The notes below the pieces were generated by a model. The model worked only from the letters and a program-made list of their open reading frames with translations. It searched no databases and was not told the DNA's origin. A program made the position numbers and the translations under genes. 64,000 bases of DNA from Geosiphon pyriformis uo1 (taxonomy: Eukaryota; Fungi; Glomeromycota), in NCBI GenBank assembly GCA_016748015.1, contig JAAOMT010000375.1, forward strand, positions 306,019-370,018, written 5' to 3'. Positions 1-12,778 of this stretch are shown piece after piece (the first letter of the stretch is position 1; each line of letters begins with the position of its first letter).

Positions 1-1350
1 TGTCTATATTAGTAAAACACTCAAACCAACTAAACTCAAATATAAATTTACTGAATTAGAAGCAGCAGTTATTATTTGAACTTTAAAATACTTTTAACAA
101 TATCTTCAAAATGTATTTCAATTTAATATTATTACAAATAATATTAGCCTTAAATGGCTTAACAAAAAAAACTTTAAACTTAATACCAAACAATCTTGAT
201 GATCTGATTTTCTAGCAGACTACAAATATATTGTTTATTACAAACCAGGCAAATTGTATACAAATGTAGATAGTCTCTCCAAAATGAGACAGGATTAGAA
301 TTAACACTAATAAACCATCAACCCAACAAAAATTAACAAATAAAAATAGATCCCAAAAACTATAATAATATAAAAACTATTTGAAGACTTTCAAAATACC
401 AGAAAATTGGTTTTTAGCCAAGAAATACCAATTACAATACCAATCTAAACAATATTTTCTGTATCACAACAAAATTTATTATCAAACCACCAAAACTCAA
501 CAAATTTACTTAGATTAATTCAACAAAATAAAAAAACAAGCTTATATAATATGTACACAGATTTTTTATCAAAACATCTAGAAAAAAACAATACAATACA
601 AAGAACATTAAAACATTATTTTTGGTTTTACATATATCAAAATATTTAATAGTATATAGAATTATATAATAGTTGTCAAAAAAAAGAAGGAACTCAACTT
701 ACTGAACTCTTAAATCTAATCAAAGTTGAACAATTTTTTGACAGAATAAGAATCAATTTAGTCAAACCACTACCTATTATCACTCAAGAAAACTGTTATA
801 TCACTATTACAATAGACTATTTTACTAAATAATCTAAAGTCAGAGTTATTTAATAAGCAGATACAAAATCAGTAGCAAATTTCATATATGAAAACATTAT
901 TTGTAAACACAAATATCCAATTGAACTTTTATCTAACCAAAAAACATATTTTATAAACAACATAATACAAGAAATTTGTAAACAATTTAATGTTAAAAGA
1001 CTTTTATTGTTATTTTATTACCTATATACAAATAGACTTATAGAATGATTCAATTGAATATTATGTGAATTACTAGCCAAAGTTTTAACCAATTTTGAGT
1101 AGAAATAGGATATTTTTATTTTATTAGTATTACTAACATATAGAACACTAAAACAAAATACCACAAAACACATACTTTTTGATATAATCTATAGAAGAAC
1201 AACAATATTACCAATTAATTTTATTGTAGAAACATATTCTATACAACCAATCAATAAAGAAAACTTTTAAAAACGCTTTAATAAAGAGTTTATACTCTTC
1301 TTAATACTTTGAAAAAAAAAATAACAAATAGCAACTACTCATTTGAACAC
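1..1350 (+). pseudogene. Degenerate Ty3/Gypsy pol fragment (RNase H C-terminus plus integrase), truncated by insertion of LTR-E at 1351
   Basis: Manual translation gives remnants ELEAAVII, YKPGKLYTNVDSLS, FDRIRINLV, DYFTK, TNRLIE and PFDIIYRRT, colinear with integrases elsewhere in the window; many stops. Confidence 0.8.
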
Positions 1351-3189
1351 TATTACTCATAGAAAAATATAAAGAAAGAAAACTAGAAAAACAGATAGAC
1401 CAATAAAAAAATAGTACTTAACATATAAGCACAATATTAGAAAACTATAACACATTGCTCAATAATATATATATTGCTAGTAAATTATAGTATACTGTTT
1501 AACAATATAAGCAATGTCAGTAAATTAGGGCACATTATTCAACAATATAAATAATATCAATAAATTAGGGCACATTGCTTAAGAAAATATGAGATCTTAT
1601 AAAACAAAAAATATGTATATATAATAAGAATCTTAGAAACAAAAAAGACAAAATTGATACCAAAATTCTCAGTTGGAATTTATTTAAGCATTCAGTTTAG
1701 AATTAATATTCACTATTCATTAATTATCTTATATCTCTTTTTTCAAAAAGTAGTTTCTACAACTTAAAGTGAAAACAAATTACATATCAATAAAATATCA
1801 ATTACTACTTAAATCTATGTTATTATCATTTGATTAAAAAATATTTATTGCTGTTACAGTTCAAGAATTTAATAGGAATTATAAATAATATAAATTAGCC
1901 AATCATAAAATAACACAGCAACAATTTATAAAAAAAGAAATAATTTACAAATAACAGCAAGCACTATTTTACAATAGCAGTAAGTACTATCATGCAATAG
2001 CAGCAAGCACTATCATGCAAAAGCAGCAAGTACCATTTAAAAATAACAGAAATAGAGTATTACAAGATGTTATTTTGTAAAACAATAATTATATATATAT
2101 ACAATAGTTTTTAATGATAAAAAAAACAGCTTTAACTTGAAGCAACAAATATCTAAATAAAATCTTATTCAAAAATAATTAATAAAAAAATAATAAATTG
2201 AATAAACATCACAATTACAAAATTAACAATAAAATTCACATACCCTCTCTAATGAATGAAACTATCATTTCATCTCTGAACTCTTTGGAAGAATAATTTC
2301 TGATCAAGATTATTCACGTGATTACTAATTAAATTAAAAAAGCTTTATTATATACTTAGGGAAATCACAAAAAGGCCATTAACATTCTATGTTTCTAAAT
2401 TAAAAAAACACATCAGGCAATTGCAAGAATAGCCTCAAAAAAGACCTCAGACAGTGGGTAGATTTCAGATTAGTCTCTGAAAAAAAGTACACAATATACA
2501 AAGACAATTAGAATTAGAGAAAAAGCTTACATCACAACATCAAAAGAAAATCTTCAGTATATTATCATTAATATCCAATACATAAAATAGAAGAACTCAC
2601 AAAAGACTGATTGCAATTAAAACAGGAGATCAACAATTAAAATATACCAAAAAAACACTCTTGTAACATTGCTTCCATTCTATCAACATGAAATGTTAAT
2701 AAAATCTAATACTTAATCATATTGAACCAATAGCTCTTGATCATAGTTATTGACAGAATACTAATTTTTTATTTTCTTTTATTTTTTTTCATTTTTTTTA
2801 TTTTTTTCATTTTTTTTATATTTTTTTTGTTGTTTGTTGATTTATTAACTGATTAAAAGGATTAAAAATTAAGTAATTTGATGTTAAAAATAGCCTGATA
2901 AAAAACCCAGAAATAAGAGTAGAGAACTCAAAAATTAAGAATAGCTTACCAAAAGAGCATAACTACTAGAATAAACCAGCCACTACATTAAAGAAAAAAA
3001 TTTGACAAAATAACCATTCTAAAAGACTACTAAAACCAATCATTGAATCTCTGTTTATTATACAAAGGACTCAACCAAAAATTTTTAGATAACTAAAATC
3101 TTCAAATATTATTAATTATATATTAACTATTGAGCACCAAATTACAGATTTGTTATTTGTTTCTATACTCCAAATAATCATCTGTAACA
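1351..3189 (+). repeat. 5' LTR of element E (contains nested solo LTR-C)
   Basis: Starts TATTACTCATAG (decayed TG) and ends TGTAACA; homologous to the reverse complement of 19338-20305; followed by a PBS. Confidence 0.8.
1852..2668. mobile_element. Solo LTR, type C
   Basis: TGTTACA...TGTAACA termini and an exact TSD TTGC (1848-1851 / 2669-2672). Removing it restores LTR-E. A second copy lies inverted at 41348-42111. Confidence 0.85.
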
Positions 3190-3191
3190 TT

Positions 3192-3208
3192 TAGTGCTCT
3201 CTATAAGA
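3192..3208 (+). promoter_or_regulatory. Primer-binding site of element E
   Basis: TAGTGCTCTCTATAAGA starts 2 nt after the LTR end and is a decayed form of the TGGCGCTCCCCGTGAGG consensus shared with A and D. Confidence 0.7.
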
Positions 3209-3497
3209 TATAATTCAGCAAAAAACCAGTACCAACAACAATTATTTGAAAAAGTAGCAGACCAAAAAAGTATAGGAAAAAACCATTTAGAATTCACAAA
3301 ATTCTTATTTTAGCATTATAAAAATTACTTCAGATTAATAAGCAACAATTGGCTAGCAGAATTAGTTTTTAATTTTTATGTTAACAAAAAAATCAAATCT
3401 TACTTGGAAGTTCAAAGAAATCTAAAAACTGCTTTTAATAACTTCAATAGTGAATTACTTCAAAGCACCATATATCTACCAAACTATTTGTTTGCAT

Positions 3498-4627
3498 TGT
3501 TATCTAAGTAGTAAAACCAATCCAAAGTTATGAAAAAACGTAACCAAAATGTGACATAACACAGAATAATGCACAATAATGTTAAATAACACGTTATAAC
3601 TTAGGATAATACAAGATAACACATTATAATGTGGAATAACACAGAATAATATATAATAACACCAAATAACGTGTTATAACATAGGATAACTAGTGATAAT
3701 ATAAAAAAATAAAGCAATAACAGAAATAGCAAAGCAATAGCTAACAATAGCAAGATAATTAAAAGCAATCCTGTAAAATCAAAGGAATGTATAAAAGCAA
3801 GTAGTTGTAGAAGTTAGAAAAAACAGATAGTAAAAAACAAAATTAATTTTTTTTCTTATATCTATTATATTTTATATTTAAGTCAAAATATAACTAAAAC
3901 AATTAATTATTTAATTATCTCTCCTTTCAAAAGATAAAAAAAAAATTCCTGAAAAATTCAACAATATCCTTCTTTCAAAAGATAGTTTTTTATAACTTGA
4001 AATGAAATCATTCCCTTATTAATAAAATTATTTATTATTATTGAATTCATGTTATTATCACTTGATTAAGAATATTAATCATTTTCACCACTATTAATAC
4101 TCTATGTTAATAAAATTTAATACTTAACCATCTTAGACCAATAGCTCTTAATCACAACTATTGATGAGATACTAATTTCTTATTTTTTTTTTATTTTTTT
4201 ATTTTTTATTTTCTTTTCTTTTCTTTTATTCTTTCTGATGAAACAGCAACATAGGAAAATTGACTGTCTGAGAATAAACTTCATAATAGCCTGGTAAAAG
4301 AGGGAGGCTTCTCCTAAGTTTTGGATATTAATATTATCTTAATAGCTTACCAGAAAAGCAAAAAAACAATACTGGACCCTAATGACTGCACTCATTAGCT
4401 CAAAGAAGATAGCTCACATTTATAGGAAGTTGCAACATGTGAAGACAAAACTTTGGGCCTTATAATCAAAGAACTCCACAAGTAAATTCATATTAATTAA
4501 AGAGATTTTCAAAGACTGATAATACACCAAACAAATCTACTAAAAGAAAGCCATCAAAAGCTCCCTAGAAACCCAAATTTTGAGCACCAAATATTACTAC
4601 CACATAACTCCAAGTTTACCCATAACA
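3498..4627 (+). mobile_element. Solo LTR, type B, inserted in gag of element E
   Basis: TGTTA...ATAACA termini; TSD GCAT/GCAC; homologous to 22290-23317; 10-bp tandem repeats at about 3550-3700. Confidence 0.8.
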
Positions 4628-5831
4628 GCACCAATAATTACAAAAATAAATAAAAAAATTGAAAATTACACCTAGCAAAGATTTTCTATTATCTTTGCAG
4701 ACAAAAAAAAATTACAAACACCAGCAAAAACACCAAAAAAATACAACCATCTACTTAAAAGAAACTAAGAGTCATTTTACTCATTTTACTTATTCACTTA
4801 TCCTATTACTACATATTTGAAAGTACTATCAATATACTATTAGAAAGTGCATTATTATTAGCAAAAACACTATTAGCAAGAATAATATTCTAAAGCCAAC
4901 AAGAAAAAACTGATCTATTGAAAACTTACAGTAATTTTTTTGAAGGATTTAAAACACAATTACCAATGCTATCAAGATTTCAATTACTGCCATCCCAGCC
5001 CAATTTTAGAGCTGTTAGTTTTTGAAAAATAACTGATTTAAAAGAAAAAAAAAATAACAATCAAGAATTTAAATACCAAAACCCAATTTTAAAAAACCTG
5101 GAAATACAAACTCAAATTGTTTAGGTTTAATAAAACCTAAACAATTTAAACTCCACTCTTATTGTCTTTCAAAACTTACCTTTAGTAATCTTAATTAATT
5201 CACCACCAGTTGTCTCAATTGTTGGACAATAACAATAGTCACAACCACAATCTTAACTATTGCCATAACAACTATTTTAATAACAACAACTACTATCACA
5301 ACCAATTATAGCACTAATGGTATATGCACCCATAGCAAAATTAAAAAAATTCAATGACAAAGAAAACAATGCCCAAGCATAATTAAATAATATCATAAAA
5401 GCTATTACTGCTAATAATTAGAATGGTATTAGAGTCTTACAAGTCATTTTGTACTTCTTACAAGATACCACTAATTCGTAATATCAAAGCTTGATCAACA
5501 AACTTATTATCTTTAATGCATTTAAAACTGAATTTTTAAAATACTTTAACAATAATAACAGCATTAATCATTTAGCAATAACATTTATTACCATCAAATA
5601 AGATGACACTAAAGCAGTCATTACTTATTTAAAATGTTTTCATAAAAATCTGCACCAAATTCAAGCCATCAATGCTAATTATTTTACAGCACCACAAATC
5701 ATAAATTAGTTTATCTGTGGTCTGTTTAATAGTATTTTATAACACATATATCTATTATATTTCCAAACACTCCAAGATATAGTTACAAATGCCCAAGATT
5801 TTGAATTGGCTAAATTAAAAGCCAACTATAC

Positions 5832-6475
5832 TGTTACAGATGGGAGTAACAAGCTAACAGATAACAAGAAAGAACAGAATTGTAAGGTGATAGAAATAAT
5901 CAAAAGGGATTCAACTTCAATGAGTGAATTGAATGAGTATGGATTCAATGTGCAAGATTAGTCTCATAAAATATCTTAGTTACTATTCTTTTCAAAAGGT
6001 AACAAGAGAATCTGAAGGTAGAGAGATAGTTCATACTGTCAACAATTGATTACTGCTGGTATTAATTCAATGTCTTTACATCGGTGCTCTTAGAATTCAA
6101 TATTAGGTATTAACTTGTGTTCTTCAGTCACATTTATACAAATAGTCTTTAAATACTACAATTATTCAAACAGAAAAAGGCCAACAAGTAATCTTTTATC
6201 CTAAGATGTTTGGATACTTGAAGGTAGGGAAAGAGAAATTAGCGATAAGAAAGTGATTGAGATGAAAGTTGTTATTTTTATTTATTTGATTTTTGTCTGA
6301 GAGATAATTTTCTACAGCTAAAAGACTCATTGCTTATATAGTTATTGAAAGTGGTCAACGACCAGGTTAACAACTAGGTCAATGATCACTATCTAAAAAT
6401 AGAGTGGCTAATTATATAACATTAGTGGCTAATACATGTGATAACTAATAAAAATTATGGGTTTCAACCATAACA
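5832..6475 (-). repeat. 3' LTR of A1
   Basis: Direct repeat of 12779-13398; adjacent polypurine tract (GGAGAGGATAA on the minus strand). Confidence 0.93.
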
Positions 6476-7101
6476 TTATCCTCTCCAAAAAGATTGAGCT
6501 CCAGCAAAATCAAGCTATTTATAGGGTATTCTAATTGAAGGGTTTTGTTTAACTCAAAACTAACTAGTTTGTTGAAGTCTTTTGTGAATAGAGTGTATAG
6601 TACTTGAGGCGAAATAAGCTTTGTATTCAAGAGACCAAATCTTTATATAAGAGTTTTGGCTTTTCTTGTAATGGTCAAAACTCTTGGGATATCTAAACGT
6701 ATAATACCCAAAATTTCCACTTGTATCTCTGAAGTTGTTTTCTTCATGAGCTTCATTTCTTCTATGATTTCACCAAGACAATTATAGAGTTTTAGTTGTC
6801 TTCTATATGACAAGTTTTTGTCTATAGGCAAGATTTCCTTAATCATTTTTTCAATTGTCATGGAAGGTGTAAGTATTGCTGCTGTTATGCTTTCCAGCAA
6901 ATACTTATCTATTTTGCTACCAATTTTTTCTCTTCTGGTAGTGGTTTTTTTTGGTCTAATAACAGTATGTGTTCTACTGTTATCAGTTATGGTGGTTTGT
7001 TTTCCAATAGTTAGAGTAGCATTTGGATAATTTTTGATCTAGTACTCATAGAGAGTGTAGAAAGCGTTTTGAATGTTTTGATCTAGGAAATAATTGTTCA
7101 T
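6445..7101 (-). pseudogene. Family A accessory ORF3 downstream of integrase (about 218 aa, two in-frame stops)
   Basis: ATG at 7101 (MNNYFLDQNIQ) is in frame with track ORFs 6643-6900 and 6445-6630; homologues in A2 (about 45150-45800) and A3 (about 24280-24900). Confidence 0.7.
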
Positions 7102-7199
7102 GTCAATTAAAGATATCTCTGTTTTGGAAATGGTGTATTTATTTATATCTAATTTTTGTTGATCATTTAGGTCGGTATTACCACAACAGATAACCAATC

Positions 7200-10100
7200 A
7201 AGTCGTTTGTGATATTTCTTAAGTCATGTGCCATGAACAGAGTGATCATTGAAGATTGTTCCATATTGATCTTGTAAGATATAAGAACCATTGTTCAAAA
7301 CTTTGTTGACTATAAAGAGTCTTTTCCACCAGCTAGAGAATTTATCACCATAGACATTGTCTCTGTCTGAACAGTATTCTAAAACTAAGTCACCAACACT
7401 TAAGGAAAGTGTTTTATATGTTTTCTTTTTTTTAAGCTTCTCTTGAAATTGTTTTATCTTTTTAAAGGCAATTATCTGTGCTTCTACTAATGAGTCAAGA
7501 ATGGTACCAAGTTTTTTTTGCAAAATGTCTTTGTAATTCCCTATTGTTATTTCTTTAAAGAGTATTGTCTTAATGTTAGTTTTTATTGGTAGGGTTGTCA
7601 TTTGTCCATAGAGTAGATAAAAGGATTCATAACTTGTTATGTCATGATTTACAGTTCTATAAGTGAACAAAGCTGAAGGCAGTACTTTGTCCTATAAGTT
7701 TGTTTTTTTGCTGGTTTTGGCTAGGGTTTCACATAGTGTTCTATTGAAATGTTCTACTAGGCCATTTGTTTGGGAGTGATAAGGAGAGGAAAGTTTGTGA
7801 CATATTCCCATTTTTCTGCAAAGTTCTTCAACAAGTGTACTGAGAAAAGCTTTTCCTCTGTCAGATAAAAGTTCTTTGGCACAGCCATGGTGACAAATGA
7901 TATCTTCATAAATGAAATTGGCTATTGAGACTGCTGTTTGGTCTGAAGTGGCTCTTGCTTCTACTTACTTTGTAAAATAGTCGGTAGCTGTAATAATATA
8001 TCTGTTGCTATCAGGAGTTATTGTTAAAGGTCCAACAATATCTATACCAATTCTGTCAAAGAGTTGACCAACAGAGATTGGATGGATATCTTCTTTGCAA
8101 TTGGGTTTTCCTCTTTTTTGGCAGATATCACAGGTTTTGATGTATTCAACAATGTTTTTTTTCAAGGTAGGCCAATAATAGCAAGCTAGAGTTTTCTGAA
8201 TTGTTTTTGTTTTTCCAGTGTTCAGCTAATAGATCAGTGTGTATATTGTAGATCACAATTTCTCTTTCTTCAAATCTGATGACTCTCTGGGGGTGGTCAG
8301 GATCTTTTTTATTTCTTTTATAAAGTTGGTTCTGGTGAATCAAATAGAAATTTGATTGTTTGTGCAAATGTTCTCTTTGTTGTCGTGTGTATTTTGGTGG
8401 GTATTGTTCTTTATCCAAAAATTCTATTAAGGCAGAGTAGTTGTCCAAGTCTATTATCATGTTTGTCAAAAAGGGGGAATTATTAATAATTAAGTTGGTT
8501 TGGTTTAAGAGGGTTGTTCTGTCACTGGATGGTAAGTCTGGAGAGAGCATCAGCATTTTGATGATTAGCTCCTTTGCAATGTTGAATATCATAGTCAAAT
8601 TCATCCAAGTGAAGTATCCAGCAAGTTATCTGTTTGTGTTTTAGCCTCTTTTTGTTGTACAGCCAAACCAAAGCTTGGTAATCTGTTACCACCAAAAACT
8701 TCACACCAAGAAGATACTTACTTCAGTAACTGGTGGACCATACTACTGCTAAGCATTCTTGTTCAGTGACTGAATAGTTCTGTTCTGTTGGGGAAAGAGT
8801 TCTACTGGCATAGACTATGGCATGTTTTTTGCCATCTTCATTTTTCTGGAAGAGAACAGCACCAAGTTTAAAGCCAGATACATTAGTGTAAAGGATAAAG
8901 GGTCGATCTAGATCAGGTTGCTTAAGGATGGGTTCTGTAACCAGTTTTTCCTTTAAAGTTTCAAAGGCTTTTTGCTGATGTGTTCCCCAATGGTAATTGA
9001 CATTTTTCCTGAGTAGTTGATTGAAAAAAGAGGCAATTTTGGAGAAATCCTTGACAAATTTGCGATAATAAGAGGCCAAACCAAGAAAAGAGTGTAGTTT
9101 ATGAATATTCATTGGTTGTTTGATGTTTTGGACTTTTTCAACTTTGGCTGAGTCAGGAAAGATTCCATCTTTTGTGATAAGATGACCAAAGAACTGGGTG
9201 GATTGTCTTCCAAAGAAAGATTTAATTGGGTTGATCTTGAGACCAGCATTTCTGAGGAGGTCAAAAACCTTTTGCAAATGTTCCAAGTGTTCCAAATAGA
9301 CTAGAACAAAGTTTTTTTTGGCTGATTTAAATACTTTATCCATTAAGCGTTGAAAGGTGGGAGGGACGTTGGTGAGACTAAAAGGCATGACTCTGAATTC
9401 ATAGGTACCATACTTGGTGATGAAAGCAGTTTTTTTTCTGCTTTCTGAATCCATTTCTACTTGCCAGAATTCAGCAGTTAAGTCAATGGTTGAGAAGAAA
9501 GCAGCATCTTTGAATTGGTCTAACATTGCATCAATCTTGAGAAGTGGGTACATGTCTCTTTCAGTGATGGCATTTAATTGGCAGTAGTCGACACAGAAGT
9601 GTAGTGTTCCACTTTTTTTGGATACCACTACAACTGGAAAAGCCCATTCACTCTTGGTTTCTTGTATGAATCCAAGTTCTTTCATCTGGTTTATCTCTTT
9701 CTTGATAAACTCATCATTGTGTTAATTGGATTGATAAGGCTTCAAATGGATGGGTCAAGTTTCTCTGGTAGTAATGGTGTGTTGTATCACATAGGTATGT
9801 TCAGAGGTATCATCTTCTTTAGAGATAACTGGGCTATTTCTAGCCAGCAAATTTTCAATGTCTATTTTTCTTTCTTCTGGGGAGAGTTCTTTTTGTTCCA
9901 CAACCAGTAATTAGATCTCAGGTGGTTCATTCTCAAAGGACTTCTGTACTTCTTTCAATTCTTCTCTGGGTATCAAACTGATTGATTCCCAATCTCTGTA
10001 ATAGATCAGGCATAATTTGCATTCATCGCTTGAAGAATACAAGAGTTTGTTGCACCAACACCAGGCACAAGAACCATGCCACCAAAAACTGTATTTGGCT

Positions 10101-11175
10101 TTCTTGCCAGGTTTTCTTTCAAAGATTCTTCTAAGAATATCATAATAAGGCCAGCAGATCAGCTTGCCATTTACAATGATTCTTTCTTTGTCTGCTTTAA
10201 CATTGTTCAGTGGTTTGTCATTGCTGGTGAAAGTGGTATAGGCGAGTTCAGCAGTTTCTTCTTGCTCTTCTTGTTCTTCTTTTTCATCGCTCTTTTTATC
10301 ATCTGATTCATCTGATTGTTTTTCTTCTTGGTTTTGTTTGGGTACTGGAGGAGTTGTCTAATGGCAACACTTAACTATAATGGGTTTCTTACCACATCTG
10401 ATGGTTAATTCACAAAGTTTATAATCAAGCAAAGCTTTTGCTTTCTTGAGCCATTCATTGCCAACAATGATGATATATTCTTTGGCTTCAGAAACTTCTA
10501 TGTCAGTTTCAATGCTGATTCTATTGATGCGAACAAAAACAGCTTTGGCAATACCCAGTCCTTTCTTTTTGTCACCATGTACATTGGTTATTGGTCTGGT
10601 AAAAGGTTCATCAATTTTTCTACCAATTGCTTCCAAAAAGTGTTTGGCAATGACACTAACAGATGATCTACTGTCCAGAATTAAGTTAATGAAGTATTTA
10701 GTCACTTGGGCTTTACAAATCAGAGAAATGACATTGCTGTTGTCAGCAAATCCAGCTTGGTAAAGGCACTTGTTGGTTTTTGATGTCTTCTTCTTTGAAA
10801 TTAAGAATTTGTAAAGATCCTTTCTGAACTGTGAGTGGGTCATTAACTGGCCAAAAGTAATATGTGCTGGGGTTTTCATGAGATCTTTGACAACGGAATA
10901 GGGTCCAGATTTTTGTACAATTTCTGGGGGTTCCAACTTTGGAGGATTCTTAAAAACTTTAGCCTTTGATGGCTTATTGTTATCAGCAGCAGAAGTTGAG
11001 ACTTTGTTGGAGTCTAGAACAAAATCAACCTTTGCTTTCTTCTTCTTTCTGGTTGGTTCTGAGGTGTTGATTGCTAGTTTATTTATGTCATAGTCATTAT
11101 CAGTTAAGTTAAAAGCGTAAAAAAAGTTTTCTTCTGGTTGGCTTGCACTCTCACTCTTTGGAAATGCGTCTACCA
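7200..11175 (-). pseudogene. pol: A1 pol: aspartic protease, reverse transcriptase, RNase H, integrase
   Basis: PR LILDSRSSVSVI; RT FCVDYCQLN, IDLTAEFWQV, MPFSLTNVP; RH EQNYSVTEQECLAVV, NADALSR; IN CDICQ, FDRIGIDIVGPL, DYFTK. Confidence 0.92.
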
Positions 11176-11182
11176 GTTTAAA
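11134..11182 (-). promoter_or_regulatory. Putative -1 ribosomal frameshift signal (U UUA AAC plus stem-loop) at the gag/pol junction
   Basis: In-phase TTTAAAC two codons before the gag stop; the -1 frame is the pol frame; downstream CUGGU/ACCAG-closed stem; conserved in A2 and A3. Confidence 0.7.
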
Positions 11183-12726
11183 GGCTGATAAACAGTGGCT
11201 TCAACTAGGGGATCCTCTCCAAAGAAATTGATGTTGGCATGATTGGGTCTTTGATTGGGGACATTGTTGTTGTTGTTGGGTCTGTTGTTTTGGTTGTCAT
11301 TGTTTCTGGGAGCTGGAGGAGACAGTAGAGAATTGTTGCAATCTCTGGAGAAATGTTCAGTTAATCCACATCTATAACACACAGGAAGGCCACAATTTTG
11401 CTGTCTTTGGTAAGAAGGTTGCTGGGGCTGATTAAAACGGTTTTCAAATCTGGGTCTTTGTGATTGCTGGTTATCTCTGACTGCTTGGGCTAATGGTTCT
11501 AATAGCCAAGCAAAATTTGCTGTAAGTCTATCTATTAATTGTTTATTTGGATCTTGTGTCTGAGCAGCAAAAGAAGTAGCAGCCATTTGAGAAGTAGGAG
11601 CCATAACAGAAGCAGGAGCAAAAACTGGAAGTGTGGATCCCAAATGCATTCTTTGATTGTCTTCAATTCTTTGGGCAAGTTCAATGGCCATATCTATGGT
11701 GGGATTATCTTTTAAAACCAAAAGAGGCCAAAGAGCATACGATAAATCAGTTTTCAATCCTTTTGTAAAGGAGTGGATCTTTTGCTCTTCAGTCCAGTTT
11801 CTACCAGAGTCTACACGCTTGATGAGTTTTCTGATTGCTTTGGCATATTTGGTCACAATTTCACCAGAACCTTGGGTTTTTTTTTCTAATTCCATACGTC
11901 ATTTGGATATTAAGATGGGGGTTCTGAATTTGTTTTCAAACCAGGTAGTAAAAGAGGTGTTGTTTTCTCCAATATTTGCTGGGGTCCATTTAACAATTCT
12001 TTGTTGAACACCAGCATTGGTTTCTTGTGAAAACCAGGTAGCAGGGAAGCCTTGGAGATAGCCACCAACAATTTGGAACTTGTATTTATCATTATACTGG
12101 TTTGCAGTGGCTGCTCTTTTAAAATCATCCAACCATTCAATTGGATCTTGGGCATCACCTCTGAATAGAAGTAGTAGAGTGTTGTTTCTTTGTCCCAAAG
12201 CAGTTTGTATGCCTTGGAGAGCGGCCAGGATGTTTACTTGCATTGGATCTTGGGCCATTGATTCAGAAGTTACTGTTTGTGTGGAGTGCTCTGATTTACT
12301 TAAGAAGAGATCAAAAATAGGGGCTGTTTGGTAGCTTTCTTCTTCTGTTTCAAGGAAAGTTATTGTTGATTGATGGGCAGCAATCCAAATGTGGATTTGA
12401 TGATTCAGATATTCGAAATCAGGGGGCTGTTGTTCAAAGATTGTAGAATATAAGAACTAATTGATACTGTTGTTTTTTTTTTCAAAGTTATCTTCAAAAT
12501 AAGCTTGATCAAAGTAATAGGTTGTATAAGTTGTGTAGGTTTTAGCTGAATGCTTATTTAGAAACCAGTTTCAAAAGTCTTAGAATTGTCTGCTAGATTG
12601 TTCTTCAATGGGAAAGCAGATCAAACAGGAGAGCAGAGGATTAAGTTCAATGAAATCTAGGTTGTTTCTGTTGTGTGCTGCAAAGTGTTCTTCTGATTGC
12701 TGTGGCAGATATGAGTAATCACCCAT
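11170..12726 (-). pseudogene. gag: A1 gag (retrotransposon capsid domain, CCHC knuckle)
   Basis: FRGDAQDPIEWLDDF capsid-like motif and CYRCGLTEHFSRDC zinc knuckle; ATG at 12726 is equivalent to the A2 ATG at 51414. Confidence 0.88.
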
Positions 12727-12778
12727 ACAATGAGGGAATAAGTGAATTTTGACAACCTCACAAGGAGCATCACTTTTA

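Noticed and set aside
4230-4360. Hammerhead or hairpin ribozyme in the LTR (CTGATGA; CTGGT/ACCAG)
   Set aside because: CTGATGA occurs in one copy only and the required catalytic core motifs cannot be assembled.
6818-7030. Hydrophobic plus-strand ORFs as membrane or env proteins (also 45517-45729, 31075-31428 and similar)
   Set aside because: They are antisense shadows of A-rich retroelement coding strands.
7200-7300. Chromodomain at the integrase C-terminus
   Set aside because: Integrases end shortly after the GPF/Y-like segment; no chromodomain motif is seen in A, D or F.
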